This document shows positions 34,410 through 46,660 of a stretch of DNA of 64,000 nt, one piece after another (the stretch's first letter is position 1; each line of letters opens with the position of its first letter). This stretch comes from Azolla caroliniana (lineage: Eukaryota > Plantae > Polypodiophyta). The translations under genes and the position numbers were made by a program. The stretch is taken from contig JBHGNT010000002.1 in NCBI GenBank assembly GCA_043228905.1, positions 6,138,001-6,202,000 on the forward strand, in the 5' to 3' direction. Under the pieces are notes generated by a model. It made no database searches. It had not been told where the DNA came from and saw nothing but the letters and a program-made list of their open reading frames with translations.

Positions 34410-36439
34410 ATTCTCACTTGGGACAAGAGTTCCCTCTTGTTCCTTTCGTGATTTGCCGGCACCGTTAGGAATTGGACGGATTTCCCTCCGTTTTGGCTCC
34501 GAATTCGCGCAAAAGCCGCACCACTATCGAGCACCTTCGTCTCCATCCGTGAAGCCGTGATAAAGGGTTGGCCGAGGATGACAGAATGTGAAACCTCATC
34601 CTGCACAAAGAAATTTTGGTCAATTTCGACATCCCCGATCTTTACCGTCACATCCGGACAAGCCGCAAATAGGTCTTCTGTCGTTTTCGTGGCTGCCCGA
34701 ATCTTCCATCCATGGTTGGTGTTTATAGGCCACTTCCCCTTTCGGTAGAACTCCTTGGACATCAAGTTGATCTCCGATCCGTGATCAATCAATGCTAGCA
34801 CGGGTTCTTTGATGTTGCCGATTCGGACCGGAGTCTCCGTAGTCGCACGTGCCCAGTGTGGCCTTGTATAGTGGGAGTTCGGAATTTCGCCTTCCACTTC
34901 GGTGTCGTTCATTGAAACGGTATTTGCATTCACCCTTGGAGCATTTTCCTCCGTACTTTGTCTCTTCCTTTTCACGAGATCCACGAGAAGATTGTGAAAC
35001 TCCTTCTTCGCTATTCCGAGTAGTTCCCGCAGCGAAAAATCTACCCGGCTATCCAAGATTCTCTCCTCGAACACTCTTTTCAAGTCGGTTTGTTGTTCTA
35101 TGTCCGAGGCGAGCTTGAATGCCGGAGTCGCCTTTTCTTTTCCCTTACCTCCGGAGTTCCAGCTTTCCGGTATCTTCGATGGTCCGGCCGCATCCTCCGT
35201 GCGCCGTCGTTTCTCGTCCACATACACCTCATGTAATTGACACAGGGCGTATATGCTATTCTTGTCGACAGGGCACTCCCTTCCCGTACCTTCCCGGACG
35301 CCTTCCGCGGTGTTTCGGATATCGTTGGAGTCGGTTTTCTCGGTGTTTCCTAGCACCTCCGGCCAGAAAGACGCCTTCGCTCCCGATGACTCCCCGACAC
35401 ATATTCCCGCGGTTGTCGCATAGTTGCTTCTTGCCGCTAACTCCTCCTCGAGCACCTTCTTCATGCCGCCTTTCCGGAAGTTCGGTCGGAGTGGCTTCCG
35501 AGAGTCCATCGAATGAATCCGGTTTCCCTCGTAGTAGATGAGATCCCGTCGTAGCGCCTCCTTATGGTCGTCGCAATCCCTCCGATCGTGTTCGGCGCTA
35601 TCGCACCATATGCACCGTCGATCCGTATATTTGGAGCTTGTGGGGCGGTCATCCGACTTCTTCACCATCGCGATCTTTAGATTCTCCAACTCCTTCAGCA
35701 GCTGCTCCACCGTAGACGCGTCGACTCCCTTCTCGGCCGTAATCTCCCGAGCCCTCGGTTGATGGTCTTCCAGTCCCGTTCTCGGTTTCGGAATCGGTTC
35801 CGAAACCCTCTTTTCTTCGTTGGCAAGCCATTGCCCCCTCTTCGTGTACCGCGCGACGATATCCCGCACGCTTTCCCATGTTTCGGTGAGGCCGCTTTCG
35901 GTGGTCGTGTCCTCAAGAAGCACTCCGAGATCTTTCCGGTCTCGAACGTCCACAGCTCGCAAAAACATGATGACTTTGTCCGGTGCAAGAATAGTTTGAT
36001 CTCTCGCGGACAACCTCCCGAACCGACTTTCGAATGTCGAAAACACTTCGAGGACCTTCAGCCCCTTACCTGACGTTTCCACCCAATCCTCGAATCCCCT
36101 CCGCGTTGCCTTGGAGGAGTCCTCGATGGCAAACGTGGTCTTTAACGCCTCTTCGAATGCTTCCCACGTCGGATTTTGTTGTTGCAACCCGTGGATACTC
36201 CCTTGAAGCCCGTCGGTCGCCACTCGGTTAAAGGATGTCACTTGCAGTCCTTCCGAAGCCTGGCACCGGAGCATCTCCGCCTTGTAGTCCTGCAAATATC
36301 GCGACACATCCTTACCATTAAATTGCCCGTTGCGTTGCACGAGCCGCTCTACTGATGCCGAAATCTCCGACATCGTGCGTTGTTCTTGAAGCATCCGTTC
36401 GAACATCGCCATCATATTGTTAGCTTGTTGAGCCTCCAT
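34400..36439 (-). CDS. Gypsy D gag plus aspartic protease
   Basis: ORF 34400-36526 (first ATG 36439); CIWCDSAEHDRRDC knuckle; ALIDHGSEIN...ILGQPF protease. Confidence 0.9.
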   Translation of the reverse strand: MEAQQANNMMAMFERMLQEQRTMSEISASVERLVQRNGQFNGKDVSRYLQDYKAEMLRCQASEGLQVTSFNRVATDGLQGSIHGLQQQNPTWEAFEEALKTTFAIEDSSKATRRGFEDWVETSGKGLKVLEVFSTFESRFGRLSARDQTILAPDKVIMFLRAVDVRDRKDLGVLLEDTTTESGLTETWESVRDIVARYTKRGQWLANEEKRVSEPIPKPRTGLEDHQPRAREITAEKGVDASTVEQLLKELENLKIAMVKKSDDRPTSSKYTDRRCIWCDSAEHDRRDCDDHKEALRRDLIYYEGNRIHSMDSRKPLRPNFRKGGMKKVLEEELAARSNYATTAGICVGESSGAKASFWPEVLGNTEKTDSNDIRNTAEGVREGTGRECPVDKNSIYALCQLHEVYVDEKRRRTEDAAGPSKIPESWNSGGKGKEKATPAFKLASDIEQQTDLKRVFEERILDSRVDFSLRELLGIAKKEFHNLLVDLVKRKRQSTEENAPRVNANTVSMNDTEVEGEIPNSHYTRPHWARATTETPVRIGNIKEPVLALIDHGSEINLMSKEFYRKGKWPINTNHGWKIRAATKTTEDLFAACPDVTVKIGDVEIDQNFFVQDEVSHSVILGQPFITASRMETKVLDSGAAFARIRSQNGGKSVQFLTVPANHERNKRELLSQVRMDF

Positions 36440-36455
36440 CTCCTTGCCACCCGTC

Positions 36456-36473
36456 TTCACGTCGGGTTCACCA
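36456..36473 (-). promoter_or_regulatory. tRNA-Trp primer-binding site of D
   Basis: Plus strand TTCACGTCGGGTTCACCA equals the 3' end of plant cytosolic tRNA-Trp as I recall it; 4 nt from the LTR. Confidence 0.85.
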
Positions 36474-36477
36474 ACTG

Positions 36478-37256
36478 TGTCGTGCCTTTCGGCTCCAGAT
36501 CGTTGCGTGAGTCGGGTGGGAACCACAGAGGTCTTGGACTAGGAGAAAGAAGTTCGTGAGATAGAGATTAATTATGAGTAAATAGCAAAGAGAAAGATAA
36601 GAAACTCGTGAATCACACGAGTATACTATATTAATTGGTACTTAGGGTGTTAAGAGAGAAGTAGATGTATAAATCGTGAATCCCACGAATAATTTTTGTA
36701 TTGATTAATACTTAATCCAAATAATCAACAACAACTACAATGTGCTCCCCATCCTTATATAGTGATGGGAGAGACTAAGCATAGCTACATGCTTTTTCTC
36801 ATATGTTCATGCACACTAAATGTGCATGTGATGCTTTTTTATTTCCTAAGTATAGGGCTCATGCACGCTAGATGTGCATGAGTTATTTTTAGTGTCTCGT
36901 GTTTTTTCTTTTTCATATATTAAAAAAATACACGATTTACCTTTTAATAAAGGTATGCATAAATAAAGGTCTTATACATATTAAATCTATATTTAAAACA
37001 CTTAAGATAATTTAATGTAATGGTAAGGTTGGGGTTTGTCAACGTGGAGGTGTAGAGTTCGAATCACGCCTTGCGCAGTAGTGAGTATTTCCTTTATTTT
37101 TACATTTATGTCTCTTTATCCGGCTCTTCCTTGCCGGTATGCCGTTTTCCTCCTTGCCGGTATGCCGTTTTCTTCCGGTTCTCACCGAGCACTCCATTCT
37201 CTATCCGGAGGGACAAAAATATAATTTCCACATAGTGTGCAACCTACACTACGACA
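36478..37256 (-). repeat. 5' LTR of Gypsy D (779 bp)
   Basis: Direct repeat of 22949-23750. Confidence 0.95.
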
Positions 37257-37283
37257 ACGCTTCCACATATGTATTCTTTTTCA

Positions 37284-39255
37284 TCATTGAAGCAGACGCG
37301 TCGGATTTCACCTTGGGTAGCATTCTGTCTCAACAAGGCGATGATGAAAAGCTACATCCTATGGCTTTCCACTCATGCAAGTTTGATGCCACCGAAATCA
37401 ACTATGAAATTGATGATAAGGAGCTATTAGCAATAGTGGACTCTTTTACACAATGGAGGCATTTTCTTGAGGGGTTTTCTCATCAAGTCACCATATTTAG
37501 TGATCACAAAAACCTTGCCTACTTTCAGAATGCTCGTGTGTTAAATCAACGTCAAGCTCGGTGGGCCCAATTCCTCACTCATTTCGGCTTCAAAATTACA
37601 TATTGTCTGGGAAAGCAACAAGGGAAGGCAAATGCATTATCACGGCGCCGTATCTAGCACCGTGTCCTGGCGAGCTGGCTTTCGATAACCAAAAGCAAGT
37701 AATCCTAGGACCGACACAACTTCAAGCAACGCAGGTCTTTGGTATGCCCTTGGATTCCCACGTTATCGATACCATACGTGAGGACTTGAAGATAGATGCT
37801 TTTGCCCAAGCCATTCTAGCACAAATTGATCCCTCTCGAGCATCTTGTTCACAGTCGCAACAACCAGGTACAGACTATCGACAATTCAAATGTCATGATG
37901 GATTACTATTCTTTAAGAAACTCTTGATGTTCCTAGTAGTACTTTTCGCCTTCAAGTGGTCCAAAACTGTCATGACACATACACAACTGGGCATTTTGAT
38001 AGTACTAAAACATTAGAATTAGTACAACGATCATTCTAGTGACCCCATATGCGACAATTTGTCGAAGATTTTGTTCGGACTTGTGATAAAATGTGCAGAG
38101 CAAAAATGACAAGGCATCACCCACATGGTTTATTAGAACCATTACCAATTCCAAGCAAGCCATGGCTATCCATTGCTCTAGATTTCATCACAGATCTTCC
38201 GGTCTCTAAGGGATTCGATGTGATCTTAACAATAGTAGATCGATATACGACGATGGCCCATTTCCTGCCATGTACTAAGGAAATCTCCAGTGAAGAAACC
38301 GCTGAAACTATCATGCATTAAGTATGTTGGCATCATGGCCTTCTCGATAGTATCATCAGCAATAGTGGACCCCAGTTCGTCTCGAAGTTTTGGAAGCACC
38401 TCTTTAAAATGCTTAAGGTCACTTGTAACATCTCCTTTGGCTACCACCCGCAAACAGAAGACCAAGAAGAATGAACAAATCAAACGTTGGAGCAGTATCT
38501 TCAGTGTTTTCTAAGCTATCATCAAGATGATTGGGCGGATATTCTTCACTTCGCCGAATTTGCGTATAATAACTCTGTCCACTCATCGACAAAGGTTACA
38601 CCATTTTATGCTTATACGGGTTGTCACCCCAGTGGTGTGTATTTGAAACTCCAAAGTTACCCACAAATCCTTCTGTAGAGAATCATTTGGAGCGGTTATG
38701 CAAGATGCCAACGGATTTATCTATTCATCTAAAGCACGCTCAACAAACACACAAGGTTTACGCAGATCGTCGTCGGCTTCCATCATGTTTTAACATTAGC
38801 GATCGGGTATGGCTACTATGACAACACATCAAGACTACTCACCCATGTCAGAAGTTGGATTATCAGAGATTAGGTTCTTTCCATATTATCGAAAAAATTA
38901 ATGATGTTGTTTTTCGTCTCAATCTACGTCCGCAACTTCGGATACATCCAGTGTTTCATAGTTCTCTCCTCGAACCCTATCAAGACAGCACCATCCCATG
39001 TCGTATTAAACAACATCCAACCCTGATTAAACTTGAAGATGGACTGAGTACGAGGTTGCTGCCATCCTCGATTCCAAGATTGTTCGCAACAAGCTCTACT
39101 ATTTAGTCGATTGGCTAGGATATAGTCCCAGCGAGCGTACTTGGGAACCGATAGAGAATGTGACCAATGCTCATGCTCTTCTTGAAAACTTCCATCATCA
39201 ATATCAAGACAAATCGGGTCCTCACGCCACAACGACTCATGACACTTGTCGTTTT
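37284..39255 (+). pseudogene. Outer chromovirus RNase H-integrase-chromodomain (disrupted)
   Basis: [48 protein letters not shown]; classical chromodomain YEVAAILDSK...YYLVDWLGYSPSERTWEP near 39048-39200. Confidence 0.9.
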
Positions 39256-39268
39256 AAAGGGGGGATAG

Positions 39269-39672
39269 TGTCATGATATGGCAAGACTCGAACCCATGAC
39301 CTTATGTTACATGGGTCAAGCTCTTACCATTAGGTTATGTATTGTAAGACAATTTATTATTTTCATTTAAGTTTTACTTTAGAAATTTGATGTATATTCC
39401 AGATTTCTCTGGAACATTCTAGAAACTTCAAGAGTACTCTTGAGAACACTATAAAAGGAGGCTCAATGCATTATTTCGAACCAAATCAGTTAAACGCCAG
39501 TCTTAAGCCTCCTAGCCTTATATATTCATCTAACATAATATATCGTTGTCATCATCATTTTCTCTCTCTCGCTCTCTCTCTCTCTCTCTGTGTGTGTGCT
39601 TCTCTCGGGTGTTCTACACCCTCTATCCCTCTTAATACTAATTTCTTCTCTGTCTCAGTACCATTCCTGACA
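39269..39672 (+). repeat. 3' LTR of the outer chromovirus
   Basis: TGTCATG...CCTGACA followed by TSD GTCCT. Confidence 0.9.
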
Positions 39673-40480
39673 GTCCTCAGCAAACTTTTGCATCCCCTTC
39701 TGGCTCATATGGCACAACCTCCTATGCCACATTTCACCGATCGTGTCAGTTTCCATGTTTGCTTCCCATCGGCATATTCGAGCATTCATTATATACAGTT
39801 TGTTGGTCTTCCGAGCTCAAGCCATGATTAGGCTTCCTCGACAGAACTTCATGAAACCGTCCGTTTCGGATGCTACCCGTGTAGCCTTCATCATCTAGCC
39901 GATCAGCTGATATTATATTCAATCGAACCTCTGGAACGTGTCGTGCATCTCTCAACACGAGTCTACATCCGGTTGAGATTTCTAAACACACATCTCCAAT
40001 GCCGACGATTTGGCATGCTCCTTCATTTCCCATCTTTACAGATCCGAGGTCTCTAGCGCTTTAGGATGAGAAGCACTTTCGGTCAGGGGTTAGGTGAAAC
40101 AATGCACCCAAATTGACCACCCATGTCGATTCGTTGCCTGCGAGATTCACTTCGTTTTGCTCACTAATGAGCAACAACTCCTTCTCACTCACGGTGATTG
40201 TTGAGGTGTTCTTCATTTTCGGGATTTTCTTTGGCTCTACACCATCAGCTCCCCCTTTCTCCTTTTCAAAGTGTCCGCAGTTTTTCTGGAAGTGCCCCAG
40301 CTTCCCACAATAGAAGCACGTGGGTCTCCCTCTCGACTTCGACCTGGTTCCCGACTTATCTCGGTTCTAGAAACTTCGATTTCGGCTTCTTCCCCGAATC
40401 GTGTCACCTTCCTTGACTAAGGCCTTCTAGTTGGTATTGGACTCTCGGTCTTTCCTGCGAGCTTCTTCGTTTAGCAAGCT
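39673..40480 (-). pseudogene. Old Copia gag-knuckle/protease/pre-integrase, right half of the split host
   Basis: MGNEGACQIVGIGDVCL...HVPEVRLNIISA and WHRRLCHMS motifs, homologous to A/H. Confidence 0.85.
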
Positions 40481-40679
40481 CAAATTCACTTGCTACCGGC
40501 TACCGACTCCCAATAGAGTTTACAAAACGGTGCCTTACTGGCTACCGGCTATCAATCGGTGCAGATCCGGATCGTTACAACTATCCAGATCCGTCCGTTC
40601 CTATAATATTACTTAACTAATAATTATATTATTATGCTCCGACTCATCCCCGTTCACATTACTCCTTCGGAACATACTC

Positions 40680-41520
40680 CTAGGCCAACATTGCCTTGAA
40701 ACCTGTTGGTTGAGACATGTAAATGTCTTCATTGAGATCTACATGTAGGAAGTTCATCTTAACATTGAGTTGTTCAAGCTCTAGGTCCTCCGTCGCCACG
40801 ACCCCGAGTAGGAGCTGAAGGGTGGTCATCTTGACTACAGGCAACAAGATCTCGTTGTAGTTGACCCCACATTCTTGCTTGAACCCGTTTGCGATGAGTC
40901 AAGATTTGTACTTGGGTTGTTCCAAACTGGATACATATTTGTATTGGTAGACCCATTTGCACGGTAGCGACTTCCGATCACCTGGTAATTCGACCAACTC
41001 CCATGTCTAAGTTGCATGTATCGAGTCCATCTCGGATCTCATGCTTCGAGCCATGTGTTAGCATCCGGTGCGACTGTTGGTTCCTCATAAGATCTTGGTT
41101 CACCTGCATCCATGTAATTGACATAGTCGAGACCGGGTTGAAAAAACTTTGTCGGCCATTTGACTCGTCTGCATTTCCTGGGTGCCGATTTTTTCAGCTT
41201 TAATTCTTCGATCGGCACAGTCGGCCAATCAACATTACTTGAACCATCTTCAGGAGTCCGTGTAGCTGATTTGCTTTGGCAATCTTCATGCGTTGATGTC
41301 GGATCATCTCCTTTGGTTTATTTGACTATGTCTTTTTCAATGTTGTCTTTTTCGGACGGTTCTACTCTTGGTGATTTGGCTCTTATCAATCTTCTAGTTT
41401 ATCTATATTTGGATTTGAATTGTGGACCTTTTGCCAATTCGGATTCGGCAGGGGGGTCGCTAGTTCGTTCAACTTCAACAATTTTTGAGAGTTGCGAAAG
41501 ACCAATTGACCCGGCTATGT
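40680..41520 (-). pseudogene. Decayed Copia (B-like) integrase-RT linker and RT N-terminus, copy 1
   Basis: Similar to 42850-43750 and 44920-45650; CKWVY/KYK-RL-A remnants. Confidence 0.7.
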
Positions 41521-41639
41521 CAAAACTGGGGACGACAAAGTTCACCCCATTCAGCATGTCAGAAATGTCCCATTTGGGGAACAATGGCAAACAAACCTAC
41601 ATTAAGAATATCTTGCAGATTTTGACTGAAAATTCTAGT

Positions 41640-41985
41640 CTCGATCGGCCAGGTTGTAGAACAAGGCATGCATGTACAGTTCAATCATGAAGGGTGCTTT
41701 ACTAAAAATGATGATCGACTTGTTGCTTGGGGTCAAAGAGAAGCTCGAATGTTCATCCTCGAGTCGAACAAGGTGGAGTTGTCCATGTTCCTAAAAGGCC
41801 TCAAAGTCGACACCAACTTGAAAGTGTGGCGCAAAAGAATCGACCACATTAACCTCCAAAAGCTCCAAAACATGAAGGCGAAAGGAGTCTTCATCAGACT
41901 TCCGACCTTCACAAAAGAGAAAGCATTGGAGTTTGTGAAGCTTGCCAATTTGGCAAGCAATGCCAACATCCATTCCAGAAGGAGA
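41640..41985 (+). pseudogene. Fragment of C/G-family Copia pre-integrase region
   Basis: VQFNHEGCF...GQREARMFIL...WRKRIDHINLQKLQ. Confidence 0.75.
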
Positions 41986-44900
41986 TGATAGGATAGTAAT
42001 ATGAGTTGTGTAGCAAAAATGATGTTGAGGACTTGTACTTAGTGTCGAGCAAACAACATTGATAAAATAGAGAAATAGATTGTGCACGGTAGGTAGGAAG
42101 AAAGAAACAAGAAGCACATTGTTGAGCTTTAATGAAAGACTATATTATTCTCTCTAAAAGCTCTCTCTTTACAATGTCACAATCTGGCTTATATACTCAA
42201 GCCCTAACTAGGGAATGTGTTCACACTAAGGACACGTGAGTTGAGTGGAGTCGGCCTTTTATGCCAACAAACTCCCCCGTAAAAGGACTACTCTACAATG
42301 GCATACGCAAGGTCAAGTCGGGTCGCCACCATTGCGTACATGATACTTCCTATGGCCAATGCGTACGGTATCTTTTCATTGAGCTCTCTCTCCTCTATCA
42401 TCAATGGACAGTCTCTGTCTGATAATCTGAACGATGTCAGAAGCAGAGTCCGTGTCGGCATCACATTCTCCATGTTGAATCGCCTCAACACCTTCCGAAT
42501 GAAGTCGAACTGGGAAAGCCCGAGCATCTTGGTCATCCGATTTCCCTCATTCCTCATACCCAAGATGTGTCAGGCTTGTTTGAGTTCCTTCATCACAAAT
42601 TTATTGTGAAGGCTCTATTTTAGCTTTTCGATTTCGGCTCAATTGCTAGCAACAATGAGCATGTCATCAACATAAAGGATCAAATATATTCAGGACTCAT
42701 CGGCTAGTTGCCGGATGTACATGAATGGGTCAGAGTCCGATCGGATGTAGCCGATCGGCCAAATGTAGGTATCAAATTTCTAATACCACATTTGCGGTGC
42801 TTGCTTTAGACCATATAGGCTCTTTTTCAGCTTGCAGACAAGGTGACCTTGCTCCCCCAACGCCTTGAAGCCTGTCTGTTAAGACATGTAAATTTCTTCG
42901 TCAAGATCTCCATGTAGGAAAGCCATCTTAACTTCAAGTTGTTCAACCTCTAGGTGCTCCATCGCCACAACCCCGAGTAGGAGTCAGAGGGTGGTCGTCT
43001 TGACGACCGGGGCGAGAAGATCTCATCATAGTCGGCCCATGTTCTTGCTTGAATCCTTTTGTGACGAGACGAGCTTTGTACTTGGGTTGTTCCAAACCAG
43101 ATACATATTTGTATCGGTAGACCCATTTACACGGTAGTGGCTTCCATGGTAATGCGACCAGCTCCTATGTCTAATTCGCATGTATCGAGTCCATCTCAGA
43201 TCTCATGGCTTCGAGCCATGTGTCATCATCCGGTGTGATTATTGGTTCCTTGTAGTAGCTTGGTTCCCTTGCATCCGTGTAATTGATGTAGTCGAGACCC
43301 GGCTGAAAAAGCCTTGTCGATCGTCTCACTTATCCGGATTTCCTGGGTGCCGATTTTGTCGGTTTTAATTCTTCGATCAACACGGTCAGCCAGTTAGCAT
43401 TACTTGAACCATGTTCAAGAGTCCGTGTAGATGATCCGCTCTGGCAATCTTCATGCGTTGATGTTGGATCATCTCCTTCTCCAACAAGATAGATTGACTG
43501 AGAGGGTTGGTACCTTGGCTTGTTTGACTCCGCTTTTTAGCACCTTGGCCGATTTGGGTGAGTTGGTTGATTTGACTATGTCTTTTTCAACTTTTCCCTT
43601 CTCGGACAGTTTCGCTCTTGCCAATTTGTCTCTCCTCGATCTTCTATTAGATCCATATTTGGATTTGAATCTTTGACCTTTTGCCGATTTGGATTCAGCA
43701 GGGAGTTGCTGGTTCATTTGACTTCCACAATTTGTCGAGTGGTGTATTCGGCTTGGTCAATTGGTTGGTCTTCATCCGATTGGGTGAGATCGAATGAGAC
43801 TCTTTTTTCGATCTTCTTCGGTTGTGTTTGGTCAGAGAGTATGGAGTCTTCATTGAAGACTACGTCGATCATTCAAATAAGCTTTCAACTTTTCAAATCC
43901 TATAGCCGATAATCAAATTCGCCATCAGTTCCATAGCCAAGAAATATGCACTTAAGTGCGTGGAGCGCCAGTTTGATCATTTTGTCCTTGGGGATGAAGG
44001 CATAGGCTTCGCATCTGAATGTACGGAGCCTATTGTAGGTCAGCTGCTTGCCAGACCATAATGCTTGTGGAAATTCAAGTTGAATTTCTCTTGATGGCGA
44101 TAGATTTATCAGATATACAACGCTTCAGCCTAGAACTCCAGCTTTAGTCCGGTCTGGTGGAGCATTGTCATCACTCTCTCTTGGATCGTCTAGTTCATCC
44201 ATTCCTCCATGCCATTTTGCAGGAGGGTATATGGAATGGTCTTTTGGAGCCAAATCCCTTTGTCGGATAGGTATTGTTTGAAGGCCCGGGAGGTGTATTC
44301 ACCTCCATTATTGAACCGGAGTGTCTTCACCCTATGTCTGGATCGATTCTCCACTTCAGTTAGCCACCGAGAGAAGACCTCGAGCGCTTCATCTTTGGAC
44401 TTAATTGAATAAGACCAAACCATCCGTGGACAGTGTATGAATGTGATGAAGTATCAAGATCCTCCTAATGATTGTTCAAGCGTTGGCCCACAAATATTGG
44501 TGTGGACCAGTTCTAGGGGTTGTCGTACCATCTCGTAATGGAGAGAGTGCGGACGTCGGGTTTGTTTCCCGTAATAACAATGCTCACAGAAGTTCGTCTT
44601 CATCTAGAGTTTCGGGATGTAGTTGATCACCATCAGCCGGTCTAGTCTAGCTTGGGACATATAACCGAGTCAGCCATGCCATAAGTTTGAATCCTGCTAT
44701 TCAGCTACGTTCATTGTGCTCTCTGGACTAATCGCCATCATCGGATACAAATTATTGTACTTGTATCTACAACTTATTTTCATGTTCCCTCGACTAATCG
44801 TCCATGATGACTCATTGAGAGTCGTCCAGTACCTGGCTTTGGTTAGTATGTTGGTGGAGACCAGACTCCTTCATAGCTCAGGTATGTGCCAAACTCGGTG

Positions 44901-46490
44901 CAGGATGACTATTGGCGAGAAGATATCATCATAGTTGACCCCATGTTCTTGCTTGAACCCTTTTGTGATGAGTCGAGCCTTGTACGTGGGTTGTTCTGAA
45001 CCAAATACATATTTGTATCAATAGACCCATTTGCACAATAGCGGCTTTTGATCACCTGGTAATTCGACCAGCTCCTATGTCTGATTCACATGTATTGAGT
45101 TCATCTCGGATCTCATGGCTTCAAGCCATGTCTTAGCATCCGGTGCAACTATTGGTTCGTTTTAGGAGCTTGGTTCACCTACATCCATGTAATTGACGTA
45201 ATCGAGACATGGTTGAAAAACCTCTATCGGCCGTCTAACTCGTCGGGATCTCCTGGGTTCTAATTTTGTTTATTCGGATTTTGTGTCCAATAGACATGAG
45301 TTGAATCATCTTCAAGACTCTGTCGGGATTATCTGCTCCAGCAATTCGACTTTGTTGTTGTCGGATCATGTTCCCTGTCTTCGAGATTGATTGACAAAGG
45401 GATTGGGGCCTTGGCTGGTTCGGCTCGGTTTTTTAGCACCTGAGCCAATTTGGGCGATTTGGTCTATTCGACACTACCTTTTTCAGCTTTGCCTTGGTCA
45501 GACAATTTGACTCTTTCCGATCATCACCCTTTAGCTTTATCGGCTCTTGCTAATTTTTCCTCTTCGGCTCGTTCAACTATCTTTGTTGATTCGGCGCTTG
45601 TCAATCTTTTAGTTGAATCGAATTCAATTTCGACTAGTGGACCCATTGTCGATTCAGCTTGGTCGATTGGCTCGTCTTCATCCGATCGAGTGAGTTCGAA
45701 TGAGACTATTTTGTTGATCTTCTGTGGATGGGTCCAATTAGATAGTATGGAGTCTTCATTGAAGACTACATCTCTACTTCAAATCAGCTTCTAACTTTCT
45801 AGATCCCATAACCGTTAGCCAAACTCCGTATCGGTTCCATAACCATGATTCAGTTTGGTCCTCTTGTCCTTGGGGATGAATATGTACGCTTCGCATCCGA
45901 ATGTACGGAGCCTATCGTAGGTCGGCATTTTGTTAGACCATAGTGCCTATGGCACTTTGAGCCGGATTTCTCTGGCCGGTGATAGGATTTATATGTTGTT
46001 TGCAATGCTTCGGCCCAAAATTCCAACTTTAGACCGGATTGTTGGAGCATTGCCGTCACCCTCTCTTGGATCATCACGTTCATCCTTTCTGCCATGCCGT
46101 TTTGCATGGGGGTATATGGAATGGTCTTTTGGTGTCGGATCCCTTTGTCCAATAGGTATTGTTTGAAGCCTTAGGTGAAGCCTTAGGACGTGTATTCGCC
46201 TCCATTGTCGGACGGAAGTGTCTTCACTATGTGCCCTAATCGATTCTCCACTTTGGCTAACCACGGAGAGAAGAACTCCAGTGTGTCATCTTTGGATTTA
46301 ATCAAGTAAGCCCAAACCTTCCATGTACAATCATCAACAAATGTGATGAACTACTAGGAGCTTCCTAGTGACCTTTCGGGCATCGGCCCACGTATGTCAA
46401 TTTGGACTAATTTTAGGGGTTATCGTACTATCTCATAGTGGAGAGAGTGCAGACTTTGGGTCTGTTTCCTGTAACGACAATGCTCGCAGA
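41986..46490 (-). mobile_element. Decayed B-like Copia: 3' LTR 41986-42269, PPT, then RT/integrase remnants in two copies
   Basis: TG...CA segment followed by AACTCCCCCGTAA (PPT complement); IPYALAIGSIMYAMVATR, NGGEYTS and TPMQNGMAERMN remnants. Confidence 0.72.
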
Positions 46491-46660
46491 AGTCCGTCAA
46501 TGAACATGACTACTAAAGAAGTGACTGAGATATTCACAGTTGCGGCTATGATGATACATGCGACAAAGAACATTGTCGCGATGACACACGTGCATATGCA
46601 ACTCAAGTGGGACCACGAGGGTCTTGGACTATGGAATCAATAGGGGGGGTGGAGAGACGA

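Larger units (their letters stand above)
22949..37256 (-). mobile_element. Ty3/Gypsy element D (non-chromovirus, tRNA-Trp primed, 4-bp TSD)
   Basis: LTRs 22949-23750 and 36478-37256, near-identical but differing by one 23-bp unit and ~4 substitutions; TSD ACGC at 22945-22948 and 37257-37260; PBS 36456-36473; PPT complement CTCGCCCCCTCC at 23751. Confidence 0.95.
16530..37283 (+). mobile_element. Ty1/Copia element C (older, internally deleted; host of the LINE and Gypsy D)
   Basis: 5' LTR 16530-16960; PBS TGGTATCAAAGC 16961-16972; TSD TCATT at 16525-16529 and 37284-37288; 3' LTR remnant at ~22880-22948 and 37261-37283. Confidence 0.9.
2350..39672 (+). mobile_element. Degenerate Ty3/Gypsy chromovirus (Tcn1/Tf1-sushi-like), outer host of the nest
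   Basis: LTRs 2350-~2768 and 39269-39672; TSD GTCCT at 2345-2349 and 39673-39677; PPT AAAGGGGGGATAG before 39269. Order is gag-PR-RT-RH-INT-chromodomain. Confidence 0.92.

Noticed and set aside
36440-36526. Gag of D starting inside the LTR, as in the ORF track
   Set aside because: That start is a GTG; the first ATG is at 36439, after the PBS.
37030-37080. GTTCGAATC in the D LTR as a tRNA gene or SINE B-box
   Set aside because: No cloverleaf or properly spaced A-box could be built.
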